A DNA stretch of 64,000 bases. Source: the human T2T-CHM13v2.0 reference genome, Homo sapiens. Positions within the stretch are counted from its first letter, which is position 1; each line of letters starts with the position of its first letter. Shown in pieces: positions 1 through 18,438 of the stretch. The stretch is from the NCBI RefSeq assembly GCF_009914755.1, contig NC_060941.1. One strand, given 5' to 3'. Made by a program: the position numbers and the translations under genes. Below the pieces are notes generated by a model that worked only from the letters and a program-made list of their open reading frames with translations, made no database searches and had not been told where the DNA came from.

Positions 1-29
1 TAATGAATCACCCCCAGCACTAGGAGAGC

Positions 30-1170
30 ATTATTCTGGCCTTAGTCTTTGACCTAAAGCAAACAAAAATGTAATTCGTAAGTAACTTAATATTCAGGAA
101 AATAACAGTTATGCTAATGATTATAGTAATAACAACTTGAAGACCAGAATGGAATAAAAACTTAGTCCCGAGGGTAACCAACGAAAAAAGTCATTTAGAG
201 GATCAGTTTTTATTATGCCTGTAACCAATTAGCCTTTTAAATTACCATTTCTCAAGTTTCCACTTCTATAGAGGTGTTAATATAGGTACAACAAGTAGTA
301 CGAGCTACTGTGCAGACACCTCCTTGTTTAGCCAATAAATAGTCCAAGGCAATTCTGTTATTTAGTACTACCTGGGCTAAAGAATTTAAAGATTTTTTGT
401 TGAGCTGCAATGCTTTTTGCAGTGTCTCCAGCTATCTGATCAATGGTAGCTGATGATAGGTTTCTAATTATATGCAGATCCTCTTAGCTTGATGTAGTCC
501 TCTTACCTCTGTAAGATAGAGAAAAAAGGGATCTTTTTGTTGATTTTTATGCAATGACAAAGGATTTAGAAAATGTCCTAACAAGTATACACCTTCTGTC
601 TGCCAGCTATTAAAGCAATGGGCCCATCCTTATGTAGGCAAATCAGTCCCAATGCCACATACAAACACAGAACCCATGGGAGGCAGGTGATTCCCCTCAA
701 GGTATTTTTGTTAATAGACTCATTCATGGGGAGTAACAATACCAAATTAAATCAGGGATTTCCTCCTTTGCATGCCTTCTGGAATCCATTTACATGGTAG
801 CCTATTGATTTATATTGTTGGCATAGTAGAGGCTCATTTTTATCTTCTTTAACACATTTGTTTATCCAATAACACATGGATCAAGGAGGTCCTGGAGTAT
901 AGTCTGGGTTAAAACTCAGGCCAACCTTAACAACCAGAGACAAATTTAAACAGGGGGTGATAGTATTGGGGTTATGAAGTTAGACCTAGAAAGTTAATCC
1001 CCAAAGGATTGTTCTAAATAAGTGGTGACACCAGGGACATCTGAAAAGTCAGCGACAGGTGTTACTAATGGCATATATTGGTAATGAATAGATCTAGGAA
1101 TCATATGGCAGATCCAAAAATCAGCTATGTTTCCCCCAGTGGCAATACTTTGGGATAGTTTAATCGAAGT
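30..1170 (-). pseudogene. ERV env remnant (SU and TM)
   Basis: Manual translation gives a degenerate CWIC motif (ADFWICH, ~1105-1125), PPMGSVFVCG (~650-685), and the immunosuppressive domain plus CX6CC: SLAQVVLNNRIALDYLLAKQGGVCTVARTTCCTYIN (~275-390), followed soon after by a stop. Confidence 0.85.
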
Positions 1171-1393
1171 GCTAGCCGGGCATGGTGGCTCATGCCTGCA
1201 ATCCCAGCACTTTGGGAGGCCTAGGCGGGTGGATCACTTGAGCTCAGGAGTTTGGGACCAGCCTGGGCAACATAGCAAGACCTCATCTCTACTAAAAAAT
1301 AATAAAAATAAAAAATTATCCAGGCATGGTGGCACACACCTGTGGTGCCCAGGCTAAGGCAGGAGGAGTGCCTGGCTAATTACGTTTTTCTAA

Positions 1394-1510
<117 letters not shown>

Positions 1511-2788
1511 TGACCTGGAGGTCACTCTCTGATTAAACAATCCACTCAGAAGATTTAGTATTTTTTAAAATGAGAAAAATGGACTTCTTTTAATTTTGCA
1601 GTGCAGGGGTGTGAGGAGTACCTGATAAGGACCTCTCCAACGAAGCTGGAGAGAATCTTTAAAAAGGTCTTTTCCAGGATACTAAATCACCTGGTTTTAA
1701 GTTATGAAATTTTTTGTCTTCACCTCTTGGGAGTGCACTATGGAAAGTCCCTTACCAGCCAGCTGTTATTAAGAAACTTAACAAAGTTTTTACAATAGCG
1801 TAGAATTTCACCTTTTAGTCCTGTTGAATTAAAACTAGGGTCCTGTGATGATGAAGGCTAATCAGTAATGATTGCATATGGAGACAATTTATGTTTTCCA
1901 AAAGGAGTGGATCTCATGTTAAGCAAGACCAGTGGAAGAGCCTTAGGCCATATAAGGTTAAAAGCTTCTGTTAACTTAGCCAGTTGGGTTTTTATAGTCC
2001 CATTAGTGCGCTTAACCAACCCAGAAGACTGAGGGTGAGAGGCACAATGGAAGTGTTGTATAATAGGCAAGATTTCACAAATTGATTTCATGACCAGTCC
2101 TGTAAAATGGATTCCTCATCACTGTGGAGTCCCAAGGGGATTCCCCAATATGGGATAATGCATTCTCATAGCATTCCTCCTACTGTTAAGGTGGTGGCTC
2201 TTCTGCATAGAAAGGCTTCCACCCAATAAGAAAACATGCAAATCATAACCAGGACATATTTGTAGCCTTGGGAGGGTGGTGTCTGGATAAAATCCAATTG
2301 CTACACCTCAGAAGGTCCAAGGGATAAGGGAAAGTGCCCAGGAGTGCTATGGAAAGACTTGCCCATGTGATACATCCTTTGCAACCAGGGGCACTGGTTG
2401 ATATATCTAGATGCCACCTTCTCTGCTACAGTAAATGATGGTTTTCAATCCCCACTCAGTCATCTTTTTGGGACCCCAGTGGGTCCCCAACTTGTATACA
2501 CACTCCAAAAATGGAAACTGCAATCCAGTGGGCATTATGGGTTTGTTATCTGGATCTGGGCCATACCATATACGAGTCTGAGAAGAATATTGTCTCCATT
2601 TTCCTTCCCAAACCTTATTTTCTGTATCTGGGGCAGCCTGTTGAGCCTCCCTCAATATTGAGGGGTTTAATTTGAATATTTGTATGAAATAAGAGTTAGG
2701 GGAACCAAATTTCTTAGTTAAGGCAACTTCTTTAGCTACCTGATTTGCAAAATAGTTGCCTCTAGCTTCAGGCTCATTTCCTTTAGAG

Positions 2789-3020
2789 CGGGGTATCCAG
2801 TCTTTTGGCTTCCCTGGCCCACATTGGAAGAAGAAGAATTGTCTTGGGCCACACATAAAATATGCTAATGCTAACAATAGCTGATGAGCTAAAAAAAGAA
2901 ATCACAAAAAAACCTCATAATATTTTAAGAAAGTTTATGAATTTATGAATTTGTGTTGGGCTGCATTCAAAGCCGTCCTGGGCCTCATGTGGCCTGCAGG
3001 TTGTGGGTTGGACAAGCTTG
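2789..3020 (+). mobile_element. MER30-like hAT (Charlie-family) MITE
   Basis: Perfect 8-bp target-site duplication CTTTAGAG at 2781-2788 and 3021-3028 (hAT hallmark); internal sequence matches MER30 as I remember it. Confidence 0.8.
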
Positions 3021-4559
3021 CTTTAGAGTGTCTCAGGCCTTTTTTTTTTTTTGAGACAGGGTCTCACTCTGTTGCCCAGAGTAGAGCGAGTACAGTGGTG
3101 CAATCATGGCTCACTGCAGCCTCGACCTCCTAGGCTCAAGTGATCCTCCTATCCCAGCCTCCTGAATAGCTGGGACTATAGGTGTGTGCCACCACACCTG
3201 GCTAAATTTTTGTATTTTTTGTAGAGAGGGGTTTCACCATGTTGCCCAGGCAGGTCTCAAACTCCTGGGCTCAAGCAATCTGCCTGCCTTTGTCTCCCAA
3301 AGTGTTGGGATTACATGCGTGATTACAGGTGTGAGCCACCACACCTGGCGCTAGGACTTTGATAATGGCCAAAGCTTTAGGTTTTTTGAACTGCACCTGA
3401 GAGCTCTGAAACTTGTTTTTCATTTTTAGTGCTCTGCCCAGCAGAGGTAAGGAATACTCTTTGTTTTCATAGCATACCAAAATCATGAGCCACACCAATG
3501 GCATACCTGCTGTCAGTATAAACATTTGCAGTTTTTCCTTCAACTAAGAAACAAACATGAGTTGAAGTTGCTAATTCTGCCTTCTGGGCTGATGAAACAT
3601 TAGGTAATCATCCATCCTCGATAACATCCTTGATCACGTACTTGAAACTACTGTATAACCTGCAGAAAATTTCCTATCTTTACTTCTCAAGTAGGATCCA
3701 TCTGTGAACCAAATAAAATCTGGATTGTACAAGGTTCTTTCCTGTAACTCAGCTCTTGGGAGAAGGAGTTGAGCAGTTAAGTGTCAAACAGTTATGGTGA
3801 GATGCGTTGAATGGAAGGGGCAAAAGCGTAGCAGAGTTCAACTATTGCATTGAGTAATAGTTACATTAGGAGATGAAAGTAAAAGGATCTCATAAGAAGC
3901 CAGTGGACTCATTGATTAACATTGGGTGTGATATGAATTTAAGAGTGCTTCAATGGAATGAATGGAGCATATATAGTTATGGGGGACCCATTGTTATTTC
4001 TTCTATAGACCTAAATAGCAGGGCAATAGCTGAAATAGCACTTAGACATGGGGGCAGGCCTTGAACCACTGAGTCCACCCTCTGGTTGTAATACCCTGTG
4101 GGTCTGTTATGATTCCCATGTTTTTGTATAAGAACTCTCAAGGCATTCCCATGTGTTTAATGCACAAATAAAGAGAAAGGCATTTTGTAATTTGGGTGTC
4201 CTAAAGCTGGAGTTCCATTAGGGCTTGTTTAGTTTGATTTATGGCTTTCTGGCTTTTTTCTGTCCATATTAATAGCTCTGGCTGGTCAATTTTTAGTAAT
4301 TCACAAAGAGGTTGGGTCATTGGAGAAAAATCAGGATTACAGTTTTGACGATATCCTGCCAATCAGAGGAAGCCTCATAGCTATTTCTTAGCGTTTGGTT
4401 TTAGAAAGGCAATTATGCCTTTAACTCTATCAGAGTTGATGGAAAACCCCTCCTTAGATATTGAATGACCCAAACATTTAACTTGTTCTTGGCATAACTG
4501 GAGTTTTTCTTTAGAGAGTTTGTGACATTTGCCTGTGAGTTGCCTTAGAAGATGCAGGC

Positions 4560-5418
<859 letters not shown>

Positions 5419-8399
5419 CTTTAGAAAGATGCAGGCTATCCTGCTGAAAAGTAAACAAGTTAGGTGAACAAAGAAGTAAATCATCTATGTACTAAAGTAA
5501 AGTAGAAACATTTCAAGTGAGACATCATTTAGATAAACTTTCAGGATCAGTGAAAAATAAATGGGGCTTTCAATATACCCTTGAGGTATAACAGTCCAAG
5601 TATACTGTCAATTATTCTGAGTAAGGCAAACAGATACTGGCTATTAGGATCCACAATAATTCTAATAGACACTACATAAGTGTACTACTGTAAAAATGGT
5701 GCTATTCTTGGGAATGTTAGCTAACAAAGTGTGTGGATTGGGAACCACAGGGTGCTGTGGCACTACAGTGTTGTTGATAGCCGTTAAGTCCTGTACAAAT
5801 CCCCATCCTTCACCATTAGGCTTTTGAACAGGCAGAATAGGGGTGCTGCATGGACTGGTGCAGAGAAGGATAAATCCCTTCTTGATATACTCTTTAATTA
5901 TGGGTTTAATTCTTTGGAGTGCCTCTGGTCACAAAAGATACTACTTGACGTTTGATTTTTAAGGGTTTACTTCCATTTTAATGGTAGTAGCTGAAAGAAT
6001 TTCCCCAATTTCAGTGAAAGACTGGGACCACAGTGGGCTAGCAAGGTATCAAGCAAATTGTTTGATAGACTCAGAAGACTTTTCTGAGGGGCCAGAGGTT
6101 GCTGAACAAATTTAAATAGAACAAGCAGGGGAAGAAAAATTTAAGTGACATGTCAGTTGGTTCTGCTTCAGTTGGTTCTACTGACAGGTTCAAATACATT
6201 ATCCCCTTTGGAAAAAAAGAAATATGTGCATTGTGTAATTCTAGGAAATCTCTCCCAAGAAGGTGAGTCAGGGCTGAAGGTACAAGTAAAAATTCATGAT
6301 AATGGACTAAGGTATCTAATTGGAAAGGCAACAGTAAGGTTTTGTGCACAGTCATGGGTCGGTTAGAGATTTCCACCATGTTTAAGGTTTCTGCACTCCA
6401 AGGAAGGGGCCCTTTAAGGAGGTGGAATTTAAAACAGATAAAGTTGCTCCAGTATCAATTAAAGCCTTGGTCTTTTCACCATTAGTAGTTAAATTCATTT
6501 CACCAAGGGCATTAGAAGGAAAGTAAAGGACCCTGGAATTTCCTCGAAGCAGTCTTACTCTGATGGTTCTGTCATGGCCTTTTCTTCCAGTTGCCACTTG
6601 AGCTTTCTGGAATCCTTTTTGATGTGACCAGGATTCTTACAATAAAAACGTACATTTCTCTGATCTGGTGAGGGCTGAAACTGCTGTTTTTGAAATCCCT
6701 GTTGTGGATTGGCCAACTGTTGCTACTTGAAAGCTTATAATCCTAGCAGATTTAGACTTTTCTTTTTTGTGGAGAAGGCCACAATATTAACTAGATCACA
6801 TATCTGAGTGGTTGCTCAATTTACCTGATGTCACTTAACGAGGGTAACAAACTCTTAGTCAAGGCCGTTAAGAAAAGCTGAGCTTAACATAGATTCATTT
6901 TTTTCTATTATTAACACTGTTATCAGACACACCAAAGTATTGTTTAAATGTCTTTTTGAATCATTCAAAATTATCTAAATCTGTTATGTTAGGACCTTGG
7001 CAGCATTGCCAAATTTTACCCAATCTATATGTTTTGGAAAGACTTTTGGGATGGCATCTAAAAGCTCTCTGGCTAAAGCGCTAGCTTCTATTCTGTTGTA
7101 TACCTTCATTTGCTCTATTAAAGTTTTCCAGAGGATTTTGCCAATTAGCATTTTTAATCCATTTGGTGTCCCTCTCTTCTGAAATCAACAGTCCCCCTAG
7201 TAGCTGGGACCACAGGCACGTGCCAATATGCCTGTCAAATTTTTGTATTTTTTGAAGAGATGGGCTCAAGCAATCCACCTGCCTTGGCCTCCCAAAATAT
7301 TGGAATTACAGGCGTGAGCCACTGCACCTGACTATGACCCAATTTTTATGTTCTGTTTTATCCCAGGGAGTATAAACAAGAGCAGGTGTGCCTCAGTTAG
7401 TAGATTTTGTCTGGAATGGACAGGGAGCTTCTCAGGAGGATCCAAAAGCAAGGGAGGAGAAAGAGGAGAATTGAGAGTTCAGAGCAAGGAAGTTCAGAAA
7501 GGGTAGGGTCTAGTGGCATGGAAAACATATCAACAAAGTTGGAGGTGCTCTGGAATTTGTCACAGGTAGATTTTTATAGAAAAATTTAAAAGAAGGGAGG
7601 GGGTAACTCCTTATACCTGAGTTGTCCTCTTTTCATTGGAGGGGACAATACAGAAGTTACAATCATTTGCTACAGATTACATCATACAGATTAATTAGTC
7701 ATTAATTAGTTTGGAAGCCTGCTTAACATAATGTGAAGTTATCAGCTTCAGTATACTCAAATTTAATGAAAGAATTGATGATGGTGTAGCATGGACTCAA
7801 ATGGATAGGTCCCATGAGAACTCCTCTGTTACTGGATATAGATTTGCAATTCCAGCTGGCTGAGCTTTTGTTTAAAAAGGGCTCAGCACATCTGTAAGGG
7901 AGAATCAAGTTTTGCATCCCAGTCAAAACTTTCCATGTAATAAACAACTCAGCCTACTGAGATGGTAATCCTAGTTATTGCTGGGTAGAGTGAAATTGTC
8001 CTCTTAGTAACTAAGTTTATGGACAGTTCAGAGTTCATATATAGAGATGATAAAATAAATCCATTGTATTAGTACTTTTCTGTTATCTTCAGGAATAACA
8101 TGTATTAATAAGCAGTTAAGTAATTGATTCTAAACACATGATTTTTAAGAGAAATATGTGAGAATATATGAAGTTTATAAACAGTGATGGAATGTTCAAA
8201 GATAACTTGAGATTTACTATATGTTATCAGTTTATTAGGGTTTTCTGATTAGATGCTTAGAGAAGTTGTACTTAGCTGATGAAACAAGTGAAATGCTTAA
8301 AAAAGAAAAATGACTATGTTATCTTTAACAATGCAAGTTAAAATGTTTAGGGAATTTAATTAACTAAGATTGTCATGGAAAAGAAGGCTATCTGACCAC

Positions 8400-10865
<2,466 letters not shown>

Positions 10866-10869
10866 TAAT

Positions 10870-11860
10870 AATTGCTAATACTGTGGCAAATGTTACTTCC
10901 CAAGCACTGTTTTAAGGACTTTACATTTATTAACTCATTTAATTCTTAAAACAACCTCATGAGGTAGGTGCTGTTATCATCCACATTTTACAACTGAAGA
11001 TGCTGAGGCACAGAGATGTTTAATCACTTGTTTAAGGTCACACAGCAGGTTGGGAGCAGAAGCAGAGCCAGCCTCTGGAATTCATCTTTTAACTAGGATT
11101 GCACTGCCTCTTGAAGACATCAAGATAATTCAGAAGATAATTGAGAAGAAATCCACAGCCCGTCGAGTCTGCACCCCCTTTGCCCTGCTCCACGTCAATG
11201 ACATACACCCATTCACCCATCCTTCTTGACTCCCAGGGTCAGGCTGAAGTCAGCTGGGCAGCATCCTGGACTTCTTTCCCTTCCTCACTGTTCCGGACTT
11301 GGCCCTGGCCCTTCCTGACTGTCTTCCTGTCTCCCCTGCATCTTTCCCATTCTCACTAACCTGGACCCTCCGCTTCACCCAGGCAGCAGGGCAGATGTGG
11401 GCTGTTGATCCAGTAGAACTGATTCCAGTCCCCTCTGTGTCCCCCTAGAGTTCTAATTTTCACTTTCCTCATGTGAAAGGGAGACAAATACAACACTGAA
11501 GACCCAAGATTGTTCTGAGCATTAAATGATAGAATACAATTCATTCATTCCTTTCTCCATCAGATGGTTTTTGAATATCAACTATGAGCCAGCCCCTGTG
11601 CTGGGGATACAATGGAGAGCAAAACAGGAGTGGCACTGCCTTTCAGGGAACAGGGGAAACAGACAGCAAACAAACATACACAGAGTAATATGCAGTTACA
11701 AACTCTGATCAGCGTTGTGACTGGAAGGTACTGGATGCTGGCTGTCAGGGCACGAAAAGAGGACTCTGACCTAGTCTGGTGGCTAGGAAAGGTCTCCTTG
11801 AGGAACTAACATTTAACCAGAGGCGGAAGGGTAAAAGAGAAAAGAAGCACAGGTGAGTGG
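10870..11860. mobile_element. MIR and L2 fragments
   Basis: MIR core (ttatcatccacattttacaactgaagatgctgaggcacagaga, ~10970-11045); L2 tail-like ttcattcattc (~11540) with downstream L2 motifs. Confidence 0.6.
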
Positions 11861-11870
11861 AGGAGTCTTT

Positions 11871-11885
11871 TGTGTGTGTGTGTGT

Positions 11886-11928
<43 letters not shown>
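11871..11928. repeat. (TG)n microsatellite, replacing the tail of a minus-strand Alu
   Basis: About 28 TG units with two interruptions, directly visible. Confidence 0.95.
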
Positions 11929-11929
<1 letters not shown>

Positions 11930-12074
11930 AACAGTCTTGCCCTATTGCCCAGGCTGGAGTGCAGAGGTGTGATCTTGGCTCACTGCAATCTCTGCCTCCT
12001 GAGTTCAAGAGATTCTCCTTCCTCAGCCTCCTGAGTAGCTGGGACTACAGGCATGCACCACCATGCCTGGCTAA

Positions 12075-12224
<150 letters not shown>

Positions 12225-13265
12225 TGAAGACAGGGAAAATAGCAGGTGAGAACTTGAATAAGCTTCACGCCTCACTGAGATCTTAGGGCAATCTGTTTAG
12301 AACCTTCCCCACGATTGAGGACCCAACTCCACACACCTATTGCTTAATCCTCATCCTTGAGCAAGTGACACCACTTGCTTTTTCCTTGAGATTATGACAA
12401 GCCTGGATATTTTGTTCTCACTTCTTCAGTCCTCTGAAGAGCTGACCCCTCATCTTTTTCCTTTCAACATACATTTATTGAGCAACAGCAAAGGCTGAAT
12501 TTGAAGAAGAGGAAGGGTTACTGATCATTTGGGTGGGAAAACACTCCCAGCACTCATGGGAATAGTTCATTCAGTCAATGAATGGTGCCTACTCTGAGCC
12601 AGGCCTGCGCAAGGCTCTGGGAGCAGAGCAAGGAATAAGACATGGTCTCATTTCTCTAGAGTCAAGCAGTTGCTAACTGGCATCACCACCTTTTTGGGGT
12701 GGCTCAAATTGTTCTACTTTCTTCTTACCTGAGCACTCCTCTTGGTAGGAATTGCTGTTTTAACTGGGCCAAGATGCAAAGGTAGCTTAATCAGTCTTTC
12801 AGGAACAACTTTCAGAAAACTCAGTTATGGCACTAGAATCTGTTGGCTGAATCTGGTCCCATGTGGACCACTTGAAGCTTCTCCCATAAGGGACGAGTAG
12901 ACAGGGGCTTGATGGTGAAAGGTAAAAAGAGTTTGTCCTTTGGCCCCGCAAGACCAGTGCCAGAGGTGGGTATACTGGGCACTGGGAGTAGCTGGAATGA
13001 CCAAATACAGAGGAGATTCAGGTTACTTAAGAATTTGCCAATTTGTCAAAGGTGATAGCTGGAAATGGGTCCACAGCCAGGGAGAAGAGGAAGTCCTGTA
13101 ACAGTAGTAAAATGGACCCACCACAGTGAAAAAGCCTGGGGTCACCATTGGGGGAAGCTATCCTCAGACTGACCCCAGACAGGGCCTGCAGCGTGATGCA
13201 CACAGGCTGGACAGCTATCAGGGCTCCAGGTGGACTTGGACAGCCATCTCTTCTTTAGTCCTCAG

Positions 13266-13704
13266 TGTAAGAATTAAAGAAAGAGGAAAGAAACACGAAA
13301 AATGGCTCAACAGTTAAAGTCAGGTTTATTTTGGAGAATAAACCTGAGAGGGGCTTCTGGCCAATTTCTGTCAGGAGTGCTCTCTCTTACAGACTAAGAG
13401 TATTGGTTTTAGGGTGAGAAAGCTTATCACAGGCTTGGAATGTTTCTGTGTGTGGGGGAGAAATTTATTGCGGGTTGGAGTGTCTCTGGTCGGAGGAGAG
13501 GTTATCTCAGGGCTGGCATGTCTCTGGTCGGGGAGGGATTTATCTTATGGTTGGAATGTTTCTGGTCGGAGATGTCATTTGTGGTTTATGGTCATGCTGA
13601 CCTTAGCCATTAGGCTGATGCCCTTTGGATTTAGGCGGCTTTTGATCAAGGTGAACTTAAAAATGGTGGTGCTTGTCCAAGATGGTGATGCTCCTGCTCT
13701 GTCA
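13266..13704 (-). repeat. 3' LTR (MER61-like)
   Basis: Minus strand begins TGACAGAGCAGGAGCATCACCATCTTGGACAAGC; roughly 90% identical by eye to 20925-21364. Confidence 0.85.
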
Positions 13705-16580
13705 ATCCAGACCCTATAGTTATAAAAAGGAAGAGAGGTGGCATGTTCTTTCTAGCTACTTCCTGCTGATGGGAGGACAGAGAGTTTTCTGGTCTCAGAT
13801 TGACTGTAGGAGTAATGTCGTCTGTAGATGTTTTTGGGTAGTTGTCTGTGAAATGGCCATGATCCTGTCAGTTAAAAATATTTGAAAAAGGTTAATTAGG
13901 CAGGGTAAGAACATTAGTCCTAGGCATATTATTAGAAGAGAAGGCCCAGAAATGGGATGACCCATGCTATGATTTTGTTCCCAAACCAATAATCTATTTG
14001 GTTGTTTTGGTATTCCCTTACCTTTTCAGCCCTTTCTTTAAATTTTTCAGCAGTGTCTCTTACTAGGCCCAACTGGTTGAGATAGAAACAACATTCCTTA
14101 CCTAATGAGATGCAGAGGCACATGTTTGGAAAGGCCCGTGTGTTACTTTTTGTTAGTAACCATTTTTCCTGCTATGAGGATAATAATTAAGCAAAATGCT
14201 ACAGTAACTGAGATTCTCTGTCTGATATTCCACCCCGAGGCTGCTACAGCATATAGTCCTACTGCAAATAGTAGAGTGAGTAAAGCAGTTCCCACAGGGT
14301 GGCATAGTCGAAAATTTCCATTAAAAGGTTTTAATATTTGGCTGAGAAGGAGAGGTAGGAACGACAAAAAGTATTTGGTGAAGTAGGGGTGAGACTGAGT
14401 AAGATGACTAGTTCTCACTTAGTTACTTATTTTTTATGATTTTCAGCTTAAGATTTCCTATTTCTTTACATTGATATTTAGGATGTTCCTTTGGGCTGTC
14501 AGGGGTTGCTTCCTCAGCTTTCCAGGCTTTGACTTGAGTGTGATGTATCCAGGAGTTGATTCCTGTAACAGATACTGTCTCAATTGCCCTGGATTCCCTG
14601 GACTCACTAGACGTGGGGGCAAAGGATTCTGGGCACCCTCAGTTATTAGTTGTCAGTGCCAGCAGTGAAGAGATTTCCTCCTGTCATGGTTGGAGGCTTA
14701 CAGGCAGCACCTGCTCAAACAGCTAGTTTTCAGTTCATAGGGCTTTAAGAAAGCACAGCTTATTTGGAAACTTGTAGCCAGAAAAGTTAGAATTTAATTT
14801 AAACTGTAGAAAATAATAAAAATTGAAAAACATTTGGCAACACTAGAATTTAATAACAGGTGTGCTATAGTTTTTGAAACATAATTTCCTTTCTCCAATT
14901 TCCCATTTTTATTAAAAGACAAATCATGGTAGGAATGGCTTGTTTTATTATACTTGGCTTAATTATTTGCATACAGTGCAGCAAGAATAATTATTTGTTA
15001 CATAGGCCTTTTAAATTGGCATTGATGGAACTTTGTTCCATAGAAGGAATCTCAGATAAGACTTTTTAAAGCTGAGCCCAGCCATGGAATTATACCATTA
15101 AATACCTATGAGTTTCCCCTTGAGATTCCAAAATAACTTGGGGTTCCTGGCCTATCAGAAAGTGACATTCTTTACTTACCACAGATCAGAAACCCTGTAC
15201 AGGGACTGTGTACACAAAACGTGAGGCCAATTTCCCAAGAGCTTTCTTGGCTTCATAAGTCAGGTTTGATTCCTTAAAGGAAAGCACACCATTCCAGCCA
15301 AAGCCTTGGTAAAATAACCAGTTTTTCCAATTGTGTCCTGTTACAAAAGAAAACAGATTCTTATTGCACTTATGCAAATAACTATATTGCCACAACTTAA
15401 GAATACTCACAGTTTCCAAATTCTGGAGAAAATCAGGTAGAGAGAAACAAGTATGCTCCAAATTTTGTTCATGGGAGTATACTAAATTGTTAAAAGCTGT
15501 CAATAGCTCAAAAGAAAAGTTTCTTTGACTTTGAAAAGCAAAACAAAGGATTAGCAATATTTTCAGCAAAACGTCAAAAAGATCACTTCAGTCTCCTATT
15601 AGTTCAGTTAATGCAGTTAATTTCTGTCCTGCTTGATATTAATGAACGTTTTAGCTCTTCGAGAGTCCTGAACGTTTTTCCTCTATTCTGATGTCACAAT
15701 CTCCAAAGTTATCAAAAAGCTGCATTCAAGAGCACCTGTTAGAGCTTTATAGCTGATTATAAGACTACCTTCTAAAGAGGACCAAAACAAGACAACAATT
15801 GTTTATGGATGACAAAAAGTTTTAGGGTAGCCATAGTTAAAGTCACAATTGACAAGGATATCTGTTACCTTTGTGGCACACAATAGTTTTAACATAACAA
15901 TTATAATTACTACTGATAACATACACTAAGATATATCAGAATTATAGGAGTCTCCCATAACTTTGGAACACATACCAATAACATATTTATACAAATATAG
16001 TCCAAAGAAAGCCAAACACCATTTTCTATTTGACATTGCTTCCTGTATGATTTTATACCAAATTTTACCATTATATTAGTGCTATTAATGTTAAGCTCAA
16101 TTTTTAATAAAACCTTGTAGACAAATTTACCGAATTTTAATGTTTGACCATAAAGTAAAGATTTTTATAAAAATCTTTAAAAATAGTCTATAGACCCATT
16201 ATAATTTTTGCTAAGAGCAGGTTAGTGCTTTAAGAGAAACCTGTTGTGCTTTTATTTTAATGCTCAATTTACAGAAAAACTGGATGATACCCCTTCAACT
16301 TTAGCCAATATGTTTACACACAGAATTTCCTTTACAATTAACCTTCCAAAAATTGCTTAAACCTTCATTTTTATTTTATTCAACTAAAAACAATTCTTTA
16401 ACCTTTTAATCTAGGTAAAAAACCACATTACATTTTCATGCCTCCTTATAATCTTTTTACCAAAACTATATGTAAACTTTTTTTAATAGTCTTAAATACA
16501 TGTTACACTTAACTTTTAGCAACCTTTACTTTTGTTGGTGAGTTTGGGATTTTATTTTATTTTTATTTATTTATTTTTGA

Positions 16581-16874
<294 letters not shown>

Positions 16875-16959
16875 TAATTATGCACTAGGTGTAGAGCCTA
16901 GGACCTAGACAGAAGTGCAGATAAGGTCTGACTTATCCCAGCATTTAACTCCGTGTGTC

Positions 16960-17916
16960 GCCGCCATCCGGTCTGGGAGGTGAGGAGCATCTCTGCCCGG
17001 CTGCCCGTCGTCTGGGATGTGGGGAGCGCCTCTGCCCGGCCGCGGCCCCGTCTGGGGGGTGAGGAGCGTCTCCGCCCTGCGGCCGCCCCGTCTGGGAGGG
17101 AGGTGGGGGTCGGCCCCCGCCGGGCCGGCCGCCCCGTCCCGGAGGGAGGTGGGGGGGTCAGCCCCCCGCCCGGCCGGCCGCCCCGTCCGGGAGGTGAGGG
17201 GCACCTCTGCCCGGCCGCCCCTACTGGGAAGTGAGGAGCCCCTCTGCCCGGCCAGCCACCCCGTCCGGGAGGGAGGTGGGGGGGTCGGCCCCCTGCCCGA
17301 CCAGCCGCACCGTCTGGGAGGTGAGGGGTGCCTCTGCCCGACCGCCCCTACTGGGAAGTGAGGAGCCCCTCTGCCCGGCCGCCACCCCGTCTGGGAGGTG
17401 TGCCCAGCAGCTCATTGAGAGTGGGCCATGATGACAATGGCGGTTTTGTGGAATAGAAAGGGGGGAAAGGTGGGGAAAAGATTGAGAAATCGGATGGTTG
17501 CCGTGTCTGTGTAGAAAGAAGTAGACATGGGAAACTTTTCATTTTGTTCTGTACTAAGAAAAATTCTTCGGCCTTGGGATCCTGTTGATCTATGACCTTA
17601 CCCCCAACCCTGTGCTCTCTGAAACATGTGCTGTGTCCACTCAGGGTTAAATGGATTAAGGGCGGTGCAAGATGTGCTTTGTTAAACAGATGCTTGACGG
17701 CAGCATGCTCGTTAAGAGTCACCACCACTCCCTAATCTCAAGTACCCAGGGACACAAACACTGCGGAAGGCTGCAGGGTGCTCTGCCTAGGAAAACCAGA
17801 GACCTTTGTTCACTTGTTTATCTGCTGACCTTCCCTCCACTATTGTCCTATGACCCTGCCAAATCCCCCTCTGTGAGAAACACCCAAGAATGATCAATAA
17901 AAAAAAAAAAAAAACA
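16960..17916 (+). mobile_element. 5'-truncated SVA (VNTR + SINE-R + polyA, SVA_D-like) inserted in the provirus
   Basis: GC-rich VNTR units, SINE-R, AATAAA and polyA; 13-bp TSD AACTCCGTGTGTC at 16947-16959 and 17917-17929. Confidence 0.95.
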
Positions 17917-18012
17917 AACTCCGTGTGTCCTAGGACTTACCTAGCTTCAGTGAAGGCCAGTTGTACAGCTAAGAGTTATAGTGGCATTGTATAAAGCATT
18001 CAGGAGGCCTAA

Positions 18013-18438
<426 letters not shown>

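Noticed and set aside
30-1170. Possible syncytin-like domesticated env (also the TM remnant at 13800-14110)
   Set aside because: Both are fragmented by stops, frameshifts and deletions; no long ORF survives.
13414-13719. Duplicated ~100-aa ORF (second copy at 21024-21374)
   Set aside because: Chance antisense frames within the two LTRs of one provirus.
16960-17400. GC-rich repeat array (also 41480-41830) that superficially resembles repeat-spacer organisation
   Set aside because: It is the SVA VNTR: tandem units with no unique spacers, followed by SINE-R, in human DNA. Not CRISPR.
17348-17893. Near-identical 126-aa and 73-aa ORFs repeated at 41782-42327
   Set aside because: Translations of the SVA SINE-R region; explained by two SVA copies.
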